DNA from: an uncultured Candidatus Saccharibacteria bacterium
Lineage (GTDB): Bacteria; Patescibacteriota; Minisyncoccia; Phycocordibacterales; UBA2100
Length of the DNA stretch: 54,325 bases
Direction of reading: 5' to 3'
NCBI GenBank assembly: GCA_964362175.1
Contig: CAYIDD010000006.1
Location: forward strand, 1-54,325
Shown here: one piece after another, positions 38,832-48,658 of the stretch
Numbering within the stretch: position 1 is the stretch's first letter
How the letters are laid out: the number at the start of each line of letters is the position of its first letter
Program-made: the position numbers and the translations under genes
Notes under the pieces: model-generated
Told to the model about the DNA's origin: nothing
Database searches by the model: none
Seen by the model: only the letters and a program-made list of their open reading frames with translations

Positions 38832-39542
38832 ATGGAACAACCGATCGTAAACACACGAAATGCACGGTGGAGCAATTATATTGTCGCCTTTTTCAGCACC
38901 GCCCTCATTTTTGCGACTGCTTTGTACGCTTCCAACTATTTTAACAATCAGCGTATAGAAGATATTCGCGCCACGCAAGAAACTATCTCAACGGACATCC
39001 TCTCTCTTGAAACACAGTTCGATCTTCTCCAAGAACATTCCTGCAGTGATATTTCCGAGAACACCATACTGCCGAGCGCGCTGCGTACGCTCGCAAGCCA
39101 ACTCTCCTACATGGAAGAACAGGGGGCCCGCAACCACGACGAGGTGGCGCGACTCAAGCGCCTCTATTCTCTGCTCGAGATAAAAGACTATCTTCTGATG
39201 AAGCAGATCTCCGCCAAGTGCGGTCTGAAGCCGATATTCATGCTCTATTTCTATTCCAATAAAGGAGACTGCGAGGACTGCGAAAAACAGGGCTACGTTC
39301 TCACATCGCTCGCCGAACAGTACCCGCAACTGCGTATCTATTCATTCGACTACAACCTCGACGTTTCCGCTCTGCAGACGCTCATTTCCATCGACAAAGT
39401 TAGCGAACAGCTCCCCGCCCTGCTTATCAACGGCAAATCGTACTATGGCTTTCAAAGCGTCGGGGACATCAACAAGATCCTTCCCCAATTGGCGACACTC
39501 AAGGCAGCAAGTTCAACCTCCGCTACATCGACGAAAAAATAG
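38832..39542 (+). CDS. Membrane-anchored protein with C-terminal thioredoxin-like CxxC domain
   Basis: N-terminal TM, LYFYSNKGDCEDC, LPALLING. Starts 1 nt after the GT2 stop. Confidence 0.75.
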   Translation: MEQPIVNTRNARWSNYIVAFFSTALIFATALYASNYFNNQRIEDIRATQETISTDILSLETQFDLLQEHSCSDISENTILPSALRTLASQLSYMEEQGARNHDEVARLKRLYSLLEIKDYLLMKQISAKCGLKPIFMLYFYSNKGDCEDCEKQGYVLTSLAEQYPQLRIYSFDYNLDVSALQTLISIDKVSEQLPALLINGKSYYGFQSVGDINKILPQLATLKAASSTSATSTKK

Positions 39543-39572
39543 TCCGGAGTCGTCGCATTCACTACGCTCATG

Positions 39573-39645
39573 AGCCGCCTCCCAGACTCGAACTGGGGAC
39601 CTTCTCTTTACAAAAGAGTTGCTCTACCAACTGAGCTAAGGCGGC
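39573..39645 (-). tRNA. tRNA-Thr(UGU)
   Basis: GCCGCCT acceptor stem, D arm GCTC-AGTTGGTA-GAGC, anticodon loop TT-TGT-AA, T arm CCCAG-TTCGAGT-CTGGG. CCA not encoded. Confidence 0.95.
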
Positions 39646-39743
39646 ACACAAGCGTATTGTGCCTTCTTTCTCCTACTTCCTCAAGCCCGAAGCCGGCAGT
39701 TCTGCAGAGCACATCGCGCAGACTTTCGATCCACCTGCCCTTT

Positions 39744-40145
39744 TCACAAAGTCCCGTGGGATTCATCCACTCCTCCCCCGTTTTTATGTTCACTAACCTT
39801 CTTCAAGAACTCCGACCGTGTCTCGCGCTTCTCGAACCGATGCTTGTGCGAAACCAGATCAGCCAAGCGATGCAACTGCCTTTCCGTGATCCGCGCCAAG
39901 ACCGCAAGACCGAGCGCTGCCTCATGGATGAGGATGCGCGTGAGGCGGAGCGTGAGGGGGGGTATCTTCGCAAGATCCACCCGCGCGGCCGCGAGAAGAT
40001 CCTTCAGATGGAGCGCGCGTGCATCGAACTTTGCGCGCAGGATGGGTGCGATGACGCGCTCATTACGAAGTTCCCAATATTTTAGCGCGAAGAGCGAGAC
40101 GATCGAGAGAAATGAAATAAAAAAGACGGTCGCCGCAAATACCAT
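39744..40145 (-). CDS. Hypothetical membrane-anchored protein
   Basis: N-terminal TM then a helical region; directly after tsf. Confidence 0.7.
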   Translation of the reverse strand: MVFAATVFFISFLSIVSLFALKYWELRNERVIAPILRAKFDARALHLKDLLAAARVDLAKIPPLTLRLTRILIHEAALGLAVLARITERQLHRLADLVSHKHRFEKRETRSEFLKKVSEHKNGGGVDESHGTL

Positions 40146-40149
40146 ACTG

Positions 40150-40731
40150 TTAACGGACGGAGAGGCGTTCAAAACGCACGACCTCGACTTTTTCTCCGAA
40201 CTTCTGCACAGCCGAATCGAGAAGCTGCCGGATGGTGAAGTTAGCGTCTTTTACGAACGGTTGTTCCAGAAGGACGCGTTCGCGCAGGTAACTATCCACC
40301 TTCCCTTCGATAGCTTTTGCACGGGCGGCTTCCGGCACTTTGGCAGCCTCTTCCTGGAACACCTCGCGTGCGGCCCTCAGATCTTCCTCTTTTACATCAT
40401 CGCGGGAAATGAACTTCGGGCCCATCGCCGCCACGTGCATGGCGATGTCGTATGCAAGTTTTGAAAATTCCCCATTCTTCGATACGAAGTCCGTCTCACA
40501 GCCGAGCACTACGGCACCGACAACGGAGTTACCGGCGTGCGTGTAGGCGACCGCGACCCCCGCCCCGAGCGTTCGATCCGCTTTTTTCGATGCGATAGCG
40601 GAACTTTGCTTCCGCAAAATAACCTTTGCTTTTTCAAGGTCACCCCCCGCCTCAGCGAGGGCTTTCTTGCATTGCATTATAGAAACGCCTGTTTCGTCCC
40701 GAAGCCGCTTTAGAACTTCATCAACTGCCAT
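40150..40731 (-). CDS. tsf: Elongation factor Ts (short form)
   Basis: LRDETGVSIMQCKKAL, CETDFV, IAMHVAA, LLEQPFVKD. Confidence 0.95.
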   Translation of the reverse strand: MAVDEVLKRLRDETGVSIMQCKKALAEAGGDLEKAKVILRKQSSAIASKKADRTLGAGVAVAYTHAGNSVVGAVVLGCETDFVSKNGEFSKLAYDIAMHVAAMGPKFISRDDVKEEDLRAAREVFQEEAAKVPEAARAKAIEGKVDSYLRERVLLEQPFVKDANFTIRQLLDSAVQKFGEKVEVVRFERLSVR

Positions 40732-40735
40732 GATG

Positions 40736-41443
40736 TTATTTTGTGACAGGGGCCGTCTGAGCGCGCTTGCCATCGGCGTATGCGTTCGCGATCGCGTTCG
40801 CGACGAGTCCGATGGAACGGACCGATGTGTCGTTCGCGGGGACGGGATACTGCACGGGCGAGAAATCGCAGTCCGAGCTCGAAAGTCCGATCACGGGGAT
40901 CCCCAACTGATTTGCCTCCAAGACGGCGGTGTTCTCGTGTCGCGTATCAACGATAAAAAGCGCGGCGGGGAGATCCGTCATTTTGACCAATCCGCCGAAA
41001 CGCCCGAGAAGCTCATCGATCTCGCGGTCTATCATGAGGCGTTCGCGTTTCGTGTACTTCTCCAGTTCTCCGCGCTCACGCTCGCCCATCAACTTCTCAA
41101 GGCGATCGATGCGCTTCCGGATATTCTTGAAATTCGTGAGTGTCCCCCCGATCCAGCGACCTGCTACATACGGCGCCCCGACGCGCTCTGCGGCGCTTTT
41201 GATGATGCCTAGCGCCTCGTGCTTGCCGCCGACGAACAGAACATGCTTCCCGCTTCCCGCTACTGCGGTCGTAAATGCGAGTGCGATGTCCAAACGCTTC
41301 CCTGTCTCCTCAAGATCAAAGACGTCTGTGCGATCTTTCGTGCCAAAGAGATATTTTGCTGCGGTGGGGTGGCGGCGCGCACGAACATACCCAAAATGGG
41401 CACCTGCCTCAAAAAGCGTCTGGATATCGGTCGTGGCTGACAT
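40736..41443 (-). CDS. rpsB: 30S ribosomal protein S2
   Basis: AGAHFG, RWIGGTLTNF, PANDTS. Confidence 0.97.
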   Translation of the reverse strand: MSATTDIQTLFEAGAHFGYVRARRHPTAAKYLFGTKDRTDVFDLEETGKRLDIALAFTTAVAGSGKHVLFVGGKHEALGIIKSAAERVGAPYVAGRWIGGTLTNFKNIRKRIDRLEKLMGERERGELEKYTKRERLMIDREIDELLGRFGGLVKMTDLPAALFIVDTRHENTAVLEANQLGIPVIGLSSSDCDFSPVQYPVPANDTSVRSIGLVANAIANAYADGKRAQTAPVTK

Positions 41444-41531
41444 GTGCTGAAGATACTAGCAAAATCAATCGCCTCCCGCAACCTCCCCGTTTATTTAAGA
41501 GCAAAGCGATTAATTATAAACAGCAGGTCCT

Positions 41532-42500
41532 TTAGGGCCCCGCGCCCTCGGCCGCCTGTAACGCGGCAATGATAGGCCCCAAGCCCCCGTCCATGATCTT
41601 CGGCACGTTCGACCATGATTCCTTGATGCGGTGATCCGTAACACGATCCTGCGGAAAGTTGTACGTACGGATCTTCTCCGACCGATCTCCGGTACCGACC
41701 TGTGATTTCCGATCTGCCGCGCGTTCGCGTGCCTCCCGCTCGTCCTGCTCCTGCTGAAGCTTGCTCGCGAGGAGCTTGAGCGCTTTCTCCCTGTTTTGTA
41801 ACTGAGAACGCTCGGAAGTGCAGCGCACTTCGAGTCCGGTCGGCTTATGCACGATGCGAACAGCGGTTTCCACCTTGTTCACATTTTGCCCGCCCGCGCC
41901 ACCGGAACGTGACGTTTCTATTTCGAGGTCCGCGGGATTCAATTCTATTTTCGTGCGTTTGTAGATGGGGAGAATGGCGACCGATGCCGTGGACGTGTGT
42001 ATCCGGCCCTGCTTCTCGGTTGCGGGCACACGCTGTACACGATGCACGCCAGTTTCAAAGCGAAGATCGCGATACACATCCCGCCCCTTGATCTCAAATT
42101 GCGCTTCTTTGTACCCGCCAAGAGCGCCGCGGGATTCATCGAGCGATTTTCGGGACCAGCCTCGTGTTTCCGCATACCGTAAGTACATGGCGGCCAATTC
42201 TTCGGCAAAGAGGGACGCCTCTTCGCCTCCCACACCTGCTCGCACCTCAAGCACGACTTCGTTGGGCCACTCGCGCTCATTGGGATTTCCGATTATCAAT
42301 TCCATTTGCTTCAATAGCGCGTCTTTTTGTGCCTCAATGTCCTGCAATTCTTTTGCGGCCAACTCGCCCATCGCGGGATCGACTTCCATAAGTTCCTGCG
42401 CGTCTTTTTCGGCCTGCGTGAGGCGCTTCCACTCCGCAACAAGAAACGACACGCGATGGTCGTCGGCGTATTCTTCCGGTTGTATGCGTGTGTTGGTCAT
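41532..42500 (-). CDS. prfA: Peptide chain release factor 1
   Basis: [11 protein letters not shown] (PxT), [29 protein letters not shown]. Confidence 0.96.
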   Translation of the reverse strand: MTNTRIQPEEYADDHRVSFLVAEWKRLTQAEKDAQELMEVDPAMGELAAKELQDIEAQKDALLKQMELIIGNPNEREWPNEVVLEVRAGVGGEEASLFAEELAAMYLRYAETRGWSRKSLDESRGALGGYKEAQFEIKGRDVYRDLRFETGVHRVQRVPATEKQGRIHTSTASVAILPIYKRTKIELNPADLEIETSRSGGAGGQNVNKVETAVRIVHKPTGLEVRCTSERSQLQNREKALKLLASKLQQEQDEREARERAADRKSQVGTGDRSEKIRTYNFPQDRVTDHRIKESWSNVPKIMDGGLGPIIAALQAAEGAGP

Positions 42501-42554
42501 AGCGTAAGTATAGCGCCGCGTCAGCCCCAGGCTGACGCGGCGCAGAAAACGAAG

Positions 42555-42824
42555 TTATTTCTTGGAGGCTTTCGAACCCTTCGCAGCGGCGCGCTTCTTG
42601 AACTTATCAACGCGACCAGCCGTATCGATAACTTTGGATTGACCGGTATAAAACGGGTGTGACGCGCTCGAGATCTCAACTTGAAAGACGGGGTACTGCT
42701 TGCCATCCTCCCATTTGCCGGTCTTTTCGGTCTCGATGGTCGAACCGATGAGAAAACGCTTCCCCGATGTGGAGTCCTCAAAAATAACCTGGCGGTAGGT
42801 ATCGGGATGAATGTCCTTTTTCAT
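42555..42824 (-). CDS. rpmE: 50S ribosomal protein L31 type B
   Basis: [29 protein letters not shown]; no Zn cysteines. Confidence 0.95.
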   Translation of the reverse strand: MKKDIHPDTYRQVIFEDSTSGKRFLIGSTIETEKTGKWEDGKQYPVFQVEISSASHPFYTGQSKVIDTAGRVDKFKKRAAAKGSKASKK

Positions 42825-42872
42825 AGTGGAGAGAGAATACCCCAAATCCGGCAAAAAGACAATACGCTACCA

Positions 42873-44198
42873 CTATTGATTCAAAATATCGATCTGTCCC
42901 TGTATCTCATCGACAAGCTCCATCACTCCATCACCATAAAAAGCGTTCGCGGGCTTGCTCCAATTGCTTCCGGCAAAATATTTGAGTGCGGCTTTGCGCT
43001 CGCTCGCGCGCGTTCCCGCGTCTGCTCCATTGTCCCCCATAAGGAGCGCCGTCGCGAAAATCGCCGTTCGCGCATTCCAAGGGTCCGGAGTAGCCTCTCC
43101 CGTGAGCTGCGACAAACGTTCCCTATACAACATCCACGTCGATGGTATGAATTGGGCAGGACCCATCGCTCCGCCATACCCACTGCCCTGTGGACATGAC
43201 ACAGGCGTCGTAGACCAGTCCCTTCCAAGCGCCTCGGTAATTGCCCGAAATGGCACCGTGTCACGGGGCGCTTTCATAACGTTCGAGAATACTTTGCCCG
43301 TATTTTTCCCGATACCGCTTCCGGAGAAAATATCCATCACGTAGCACGAGCCAACGTTCTGCCCGAGATCTGATTCTTGTGTAAGGATCGCGAGTATGAG
43401 GGCGGGGCGTACGCTCGTGAGAGCAGACGCTTGCTTCGCATAATCATATGCGGTGCCAAAGGGAATGGCGCCGGAATCGCGCAGGCCGAAGAGTGCTGCG
43501 CGTATCGCCGCAGCTTGTTTTTGTTTGTCTGCAATGAGTTGTTGGTATGCCCTCTCCTGCCCCTTCGTTGTAGTCAAAATATCCCGCTTTTCTTTCTCAT
43601 CCTTCTGGATGGCGACCTTTGCCAGTACCTGCACTGTCCGCACTTTCTGCGCTTCGTCCTCCTTTTCCTCAAGATCCACCTTTCGCTGGGCAAGCTCTTC
43701 GTGGAGCAGGGCCATTTCCGTGAAAGAATCGCCGAGCGCCTGCTGGATCATTTGGAAGTCATCAATATCGCGGAAGAAGTCGTTCAGATTCTTCCCAAGC
43801 GCCAGCTCGGCAAGAGAAAGGTCGTCTATCTCCCGCGTGCGGCGCAGAAGTTGGGCTAGGGAGCGTTCACCGCGCACGACCTTGGCATCAACCTCCTTTA
43901 TCGCAGTCTCTTTCTCCGAAATATTGTTCTTGATCTGCGAGAGCGCAAGGTCGCTCTGTTTGATCTGGAGCTGGGCGGTCTTTATCTTGTTGTCGAGAAT
44001 AGCAATGCTTCGTTCAAGGCTCGTGCGTTCTTTCTGGAGCTCCGACAGGACGCCCTGATTCCCCGCTATCTCCCGTTCTATCTTGTCGAGTTGTGCCTGG
44101 AGCGCGGCGCGTTCTTCAACGCTCGTCACCGCGCTTGCCGGATGGGGAACTATGAATGCACCGACACAGAAGAGAGCTAAAAAAATGATGGCACGCAT
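42873..44198 (-). CDS. Secreted coiled-coil protein with C-terminal lytic transglycosylase-like domain
   Basis: Signal peptide, PcsB/CwlO-like coiled coil, AILTQES (catalytic Glu), GAMGPAQFIPSTW, DPWN. Confidence 0.85.
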   Translation of the reverse strand: MRAIIFLALFCVGAFIVPHPASAVTSVEERAALQAQLDKIEREIAGNQGVLSELQKERTSLERSIAILDNKIKTAQLQIKQSDLALSQIKNNISEKETAIKEVDAKVVRGERSLAQLLRRTREIDDLSLAELALGKNLNDFFRDIDDFQMIQQALGDSFTEMALLHEELAQRKVDLEEKEDEAQKVRTVQVLAKVAIQKDEKEKRDILTTTKGQERAYQQLIADKQKQAAAIRAALFGLRDSGAIPFGTAYDYAKQASALTSVRPALILAILTQESDLGQNVGSCYVMDIFSGSGIGKNTGKVFSNVMKAPRDTVPFRAITEALGRDWSTTPVSCPQGSGYGGAMGPAQFIPSTWMLYRERLSQLTGEATPDPWNARTAIFATALLMGDNGADAGTRASERKAALKYFAGSNWSKPANAFYGDGVMELVDEIQGQIDILNQ

Positions 44199-44266
44199 AC
44201 CGAATACCCACAATTATAGCAGGGGGCCAAAGACTCCCGTACAAAAACGCCATTGTGCCGGAGTGA

Positions 44267-44923
44267 TTACTCGGCCTTCTTTTCTTTCTTTGCCTCGGCC
44301 GGAACTGCGCCCTCGCCCGCTTCGGGCGCTTTCGCGGTCGTGATGACGGTCTCCGGAGCCGGCGTGATCTCTTCTTTCTCCTCCTTGAACTCAGTTACGG
44401 AGGCGGCGATCTCTTCCCCATGTGTGATAAGCGTTGCGCTCGCGGGGAGTTTGATCTGTGATGCCGTGATGTGATCGCCCACATCGACGAGCTTCGTGAG
44501 ATCGACCGAGAGATGGTGCGGGAGTTCTGCGGGCGCGACTTCGATCTCGACCTCATGCAAGGCCTTGACCACGATGTGTCCTGACTTCTCGGCAGGGGCC
44601 GCACCTTCGAATACAAGCGGAACGCTGATCTTGATCTTCTTGCCCTTCTCGAGAACGTAAAAGTCGGCGTGCAGAAGCTTGCCTGTCACCGGATGGAATT
44701 GGGCATCGTGAATGAGCGTGTCCTTATCCTCGCCGATACCCTTGAGGGTAACAATGGTCGTCTCACCTGCCTCCTTCCAGACATGCTGGAGCCTTCGGGC
44801 GTCTACGGAAATCGAGGTCGCCTCCTGTTTGGGACCGTAGAAGACAGCCGGTACAACGCCACGCTTCCGCAATACATCTGCGGAATCTGCTTCTGCGCGG
44901 GCATGCACTTCTAATGTCAACAT
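44267..44923 (-). CDS. rplY: 50S ribosomal protein L25/Ctc
   Basis: VPAVFYG, QFHPV..LLHADFY, C-terminal Ctc domain. Confidence 0.93.
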   Translation of the reverse strand: MLTLEVHARAEADSADVLRKRGVVPAVFYGPKQEATSISVDARRLQHVWKEAGETTIVTLKGIGEDKDTLIHDAQFHPVTGKLLHADFYVLEKGKKIKISVPLVFEGAAPAEKSGHIVVKALHEVEIEVAPAELPHHLSVDLTKLVDVGDHITASQIKLPASATLITHGEEIAASVTEFKEEKEEITPAPETVITTAKAPEAGEGAVPAEAKKEKKAE

Positions 44924-45052
44924 GCGCGCGAGTATACCCCATCGGGTCGGGAATATCAATACTCCGCGTGCTACAATGGGGCGCCGCGTTCAAAGGACGT
45001 GACGCGGCATTCGGATCAGCAGATCCGAAACTTGGTAATTTCGAAAAATCAC

Positions 45053-46042
45053 ATGAAATACGACTTCGTGGCACTTGGGGATATTACGACCGATGCGTTT
45101 ATCAGGCTGAAAGATGCGCAGGTGCATTGCAGGATCGACAATACCGCGTGCGAGCTATGCGTGCGGTTCGGTGACAAGGTACCGTACGAGGAAGTGACGG
45201 AGGTTCGCGCCGTGGGCAACGCGGCGAATGCAGCCGTCTGCGCGCATCGTGTTGGTCTCACGTCCGCTTTCATCACGTGGATGGGTGACGATGAGAATGG
45301 TCAGCACTGCCTCGAACAGTTGCGAAAGCAGGGTGTCGCCGATGAATATGTGACTATAGAGAAGGGAAATAAAACCAACTACCACTACGTATTAATGTTC
45401 GGTCCCGAGCGCACTATTCTTATCAAGCATGAGAACTACGCCTATCATCTGCCCGCGAATCTCGAACCCCCGCGATACCTGTACTTCTCATCCATTTCCG
45501 AAACCGCGCGCGAATTCCACCATGAGGTTGCCGCCTTCGTGCGCGAACACCCGGAAACAAAATTGGTGTTCCAACCCGGCACGTTCCAAATAAAGCTCGG
45601 CGCCGAGGAACTCAGGGACCTGTATGCCGTTACTGAATTCTTCTTTTGCAACAAAGAGGAAGCGCAATCAATATTGAAGTCCGACGAAACGGACGTGAAA
45701 AAGCTTATGGAAGGTATTCGCGCGCTCGGGCCCAAGATCGTCGTCGTGACCGATGGACCAAAAGGTTCCAACATTTTGGACGAAAGTGGTGTGTGGCATA
45801 TTCCGATGTACCCGGATCCCGCACCTCCCAAGAACCGCACCGGCGCGGGCGATGCAACTGCCTCAACGACCGTCGCGTACGTGGCGCTCGGGTTTGCGCC
45901 CCACGAGGCCCTCATGCGTGGACTCATCAATGCCGCTTCGGTGGTGCAAGGGATCGGCGCACAAACGAAACTGCTGACGAAAGACGAGATCGAAGAGTGG
46001 TACGCGAAGCGGCCCGCTGATTTCGTCGCTACGGCAATCTGA
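45053..46042 (+). CDS. PfkB-family carbohydrate kinase
   Basis: GNAANAAV, CNKEEA, VVTDGPKG, NRTGAGDA. Confidence 0.92.
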   Translation: MKYDFVALGDITTDAFIRLKDAQVHCRIDNTACELCVRFGDKVPYEEVTEVRAVGNAANAAVCAHRVGLTSAFITWMGDDENGQHCLEQLRKQGVADEYVTIEKGNKTNYHYVLMFGPERTILIKHENYAYHLPANLEPPRYLYFSSISETAREFHHEVAAFVREHPETKLVFQPGTFQIKLGAEELRDLYAVTEFFFCNKEEAQSILKSDETDVKKLMEGIRALGPKIVVVTDGPKGSNILDESGVWHIPMYPDPAPPKNRTGAGDATASTTVAYVALGFAPHEALMRGLINAASVVQGIGAQTKLLTKDEIEEWYAKRPADFVATAI

Positions 46043-47243
46043 CCTGCTCCTTGGCGAAATACGTCCGTAGTGCCTTCATGTTATCGCGCGTTTTTCGAGC
46101 GTATGGCCCGATGTTGCCGAATGATGCACACGATTCCACAAAATCTGGTTCGGCGTATTTATTTTTGTTGGCACGGTAGACCTCATACTGCTGCAGATAG
46201 ACCTCAAATCCATTAATGGCATTCGCGGGAGAATGGTGCGCCGCCGCAATGAATTCTGTTACCAGATCCTTCGGCATGTCCGGCAGATGCTTCAAAAGAT
46301 CTCGTGATCGGTTTTGGTTCAAGCGACGAACGAGGAGCGCGAGATTATGAACGGCAAAGAGATACGCTGCGCGATGATGATCGCCGCCGCGTAGCGCACC
46401 AATGGTCCGAGGAGTTTGCGGTTGCTTCGATACGCTGTCGATCAGCCGTGCGCCCTGTAGCCGGCCCGAGACAGGATCGACGAATACACCGGGGGTAAGC
46501 TGATAGAGTCCAAATGAGAACTCGGCATCACCCAATGCTGGCATACCCTCTTCGAGGTACTCGCGGCCTGCACTGCGCAAGAGCCAGTCGTATACCTCAA
46601 TACCGACTACACTCTGGACACCCGTCGTCGGCATGATCTCGGTCAAACTGTATCCGAGCAAAGACATCGCGGTGATGCGTTTTTCGAGAGCCTCGACCAG
46701 ACTGACCTGTTCTTTGTCGAGTGATTTAAAAGCGGGTAAAGACTGAATATTTTTCAGCGGGAGATCTGCACGTACTTTTTGTATAGACTTCCCGATCTCT
46801 CCCTGATATTGGAGAATGTTCATTTTTGTGGAGCGTTCCGGATCGTACGACGTGAATAATTTTTCTGCGGCAATGAGTGTTGAGGGCGGGTGCCCTTTGT
46901 GTCGCTCATGGATACGCTCCAATTTATACTTCCACATCCGGGCAAGCTGGGATCGAAAGTCGACCAATGCTTCGCGCGGAACAGGACCTTTGATACCGGT
47001 GTAACTCGTGAGGAGACCGCTGAATTTCCTCCCCGAAAGGCGGCCCGTGTCGTATTTTTTTGGTGAAGGCGTAACCTCGAGAAAACCCAGCGGACTATGT
47101 TCCGGTTTTTCAGTGCTCGGAACGGATCCGGTGACCTCTTCGGTTCCCTCTTTGGAAAGATGGGACGCTAGAGACGCTATACCCATGGCGGCAACGCCAC
47201 CGAGGAATGCCCTGCGCGTTGTCTTTTTGCCCTCCAAGCTCAT
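46029..47243 (-). CDS. Hypothetical protein with twin-arginine-like leader (possible lysozyme-like fold)
   Basis: TTRRAFLGGVAAMG leader; SLTEIMP...SFGLYQLT. Start overlaps the transketolase stop (ATGA). Confidence 0.7.
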   Translation of the reverse strand: MSLEGKKTTRRAFLGGVAAMGIASLASHLSKEGTEEVTGSVPSTEKPEHSPLGFLEVTPSPKKYDTGRLSGRKFSGLLTSYTGIKGPVPREALVDFRSQLARMWKYKLERIHERHKGHPPSTLIAAEKLFTSYDPERSTKMNILQYQGEIGKSIQKVRADLPLKNIQSLPAFKSLDKEQVSLVEALEKRITAMSLLGYSLTEIMPTTGVQSVVGIEVYDWLLRSAGREYLEEGMPALGDAEFSFGLYQLTPGVFVDPVSGRLQGARLIDSVSKQPQTPRTIGALRGGDHHRAAYLFAVHNLALLVRRLNQNRSRDLLKHLPDMPKDLVTEFIAAAHHSPANAINGFEVYLQQYEVYRANKNKYAEPDFVESCASFGNIGPYARKTRDNMKALRTYFAKEQVRLP

Positions 47244-48235
47244 GCCGAGATTTTCCTACCCGCGGCTCTTTTCACTGCCTCGACGATGTGCGACACCCCC
47301 ATGCCGTAGTGTTCGATCAATTCTTTCGGCGTGCCGGATTGCCCAAACATGTCGTGAACGCCGATGAATTCCATCGGCACTGGATACTCCCGCGCAAGAA
47401 GTTCCGCGATGGCCCCGCCAAGACCGCCGGTGGTCTGATGTTCCTCCACCGTAACGACAGCGCCAGCTGCGCGCGCGAGCGAAACAACCGTTTCTGTATC
47501 AAGCGGCTTTATCGTATGTACATTGGTGACCGTAACGTTGACACCCTGCCCTTCCAGCTCGCGCGCGGCCAAAAGTGCATTGTGAACGAGGGGGCCTGTG
47601 GCGAAGATCGCAACGGCTGGTGAGTCCGATCTCCATACGACATTCGCCTTCCCTATTTCGAACGGCGATTCGGCTGTTGTCATGATCGGCGTCTTTTCAC
47701 GTCCGAAGCGCAGATACGCGGGCTTCGCAACTTTCGCGAGCGCGAGGGTGGCCTTGCGCCCTTCCTCGGCGTCACAGGGCGAAATGACGATCGTGTTTGG
47801 AAGCGCCCGCATAAGTGCGATGTCTTCGAGCGCTTGGTGGGTCGCGCCGTCGGGTCCCACCGAAACGCCGGCGTGCATGCCGCACACAATGACGGGAACA
47901 TTATTGAGACAAATGGTCGTTCGTATCTGCTCCCAATTTCTTCCTGGTGAAAACGTCGCGTACGAGGTGATGAAGGCGATCTTGCCGTAGTTCGCCATGC
48001 CCGCGGCGACCGTGGCCATATTTTGCTCGGCAACGCCGACCTGCACAAAACGCTGTGGGAACGCTTTTTGAAAATGATGCGCCTGTGTGGATTCTGCAAG
48101 ATCAGCGGTGAGAACCACGACGCGCTCGTCCGCCCTTCCCGCTTCAACGACACCCTTCCCGAATCCCTCGCGCGTCGAGGCCATATCGGGTGTGTCGAAA
48201 ATATTCGCTGCAAGTTTTGCGTCGGGATGTATCAT
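47240..48235 (-). CDS. Transketolase, C-terminal subunit
   Basis: GVAEQNM, GPDGATHQALED, YLRFGR, TVEEH. Confidence 0.93.
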   Translation of the reverse strand: MIHPDAKLAANIFDTPDMASTREGFGKGVVEAGRADERVVVLTADLAESTQAHHFQKAFPQRFVQVGVAEQNMATVAAGMANYGKIAFITSYATFSPGRNWEQIRTTICLNNVPVIVCGMHAGVSVGPDGATHQALEDIALMRALPNTIVISPCDAEEGRKATLALAKVAKPAYLRFGREKTPIMTTAESPFEIGKANVVWRSDSPAVAIFATGPLVHNALLAARELEGQGVNVTVTNVHTIKPLDTETVVSLARAAGAVVTVEEHQTTGGLGGAIAELLAREYPVPMEFIGVHDMFGQSGTPKELIEHYGMGVSHIVEAVKRAAGRKISA

Positions 48236-48657
48236 ACGCGCAAAAGGTTGAGGCCCGTCTCCTCATCGGGGCCGCGCAGGAGCGGCTGCGTCACGAGCCA
48301 AAGGCAGAGTTCAAGCGTTACGGCGACTATCGCTGACCGGAGATGTCCTCCGATACATTCGAGCGTTTCATCGCACCGCGAAAGCACGGCGTGCGCGTGG
48401 ATGAGCGGCCGCTCATTCAGTTCGGAAATATTACCGTCCATACTCGCGACTTCGAGCGGCCCCTCTTCCTTAAGAAATACATACTGACGGTTTTCAAGGT
48501 CGTAGTAACCGATCTCCACATCCTCGACCGCACCGACTGCCTGAAACTGCGCCCAGTGCACATCCTGCTCTTCGCAGAAACGCGTGAGCGTACTTATGAA
48601 CTCCTCACCACGCGAGAATACGAGGAAAAAACCGTTGTGGATCTGTGTAAATTTCAT
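48232..48657 (-). CDS. PPC/DUF296 domain protein
   Basis: RGEE, AVGAV, EVASMDGNI, HAHAVLS, GGHL, TLEL. Confidence 0.88.
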   Translation of the reverse strand: MKFTQIHNGFFLVFSRGEEFISTLTRFCEEQDVHWAQFQAVGAVEDVEIGYYDLENRQYVFLKEEGPLEVASMDGNISELNERPLIHAHAVLSRCDETLECIGGHLRSAIVAVTLELCLWLVTQPLLRGPDEETGLNLLRV

Positions 48658-48658
48658 A

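Noticed and set aside
39573-39645. tRNA-Thr as an integration site of an island
   Set aside because: No duplicated tRNA 3' end and no integrase were seen.
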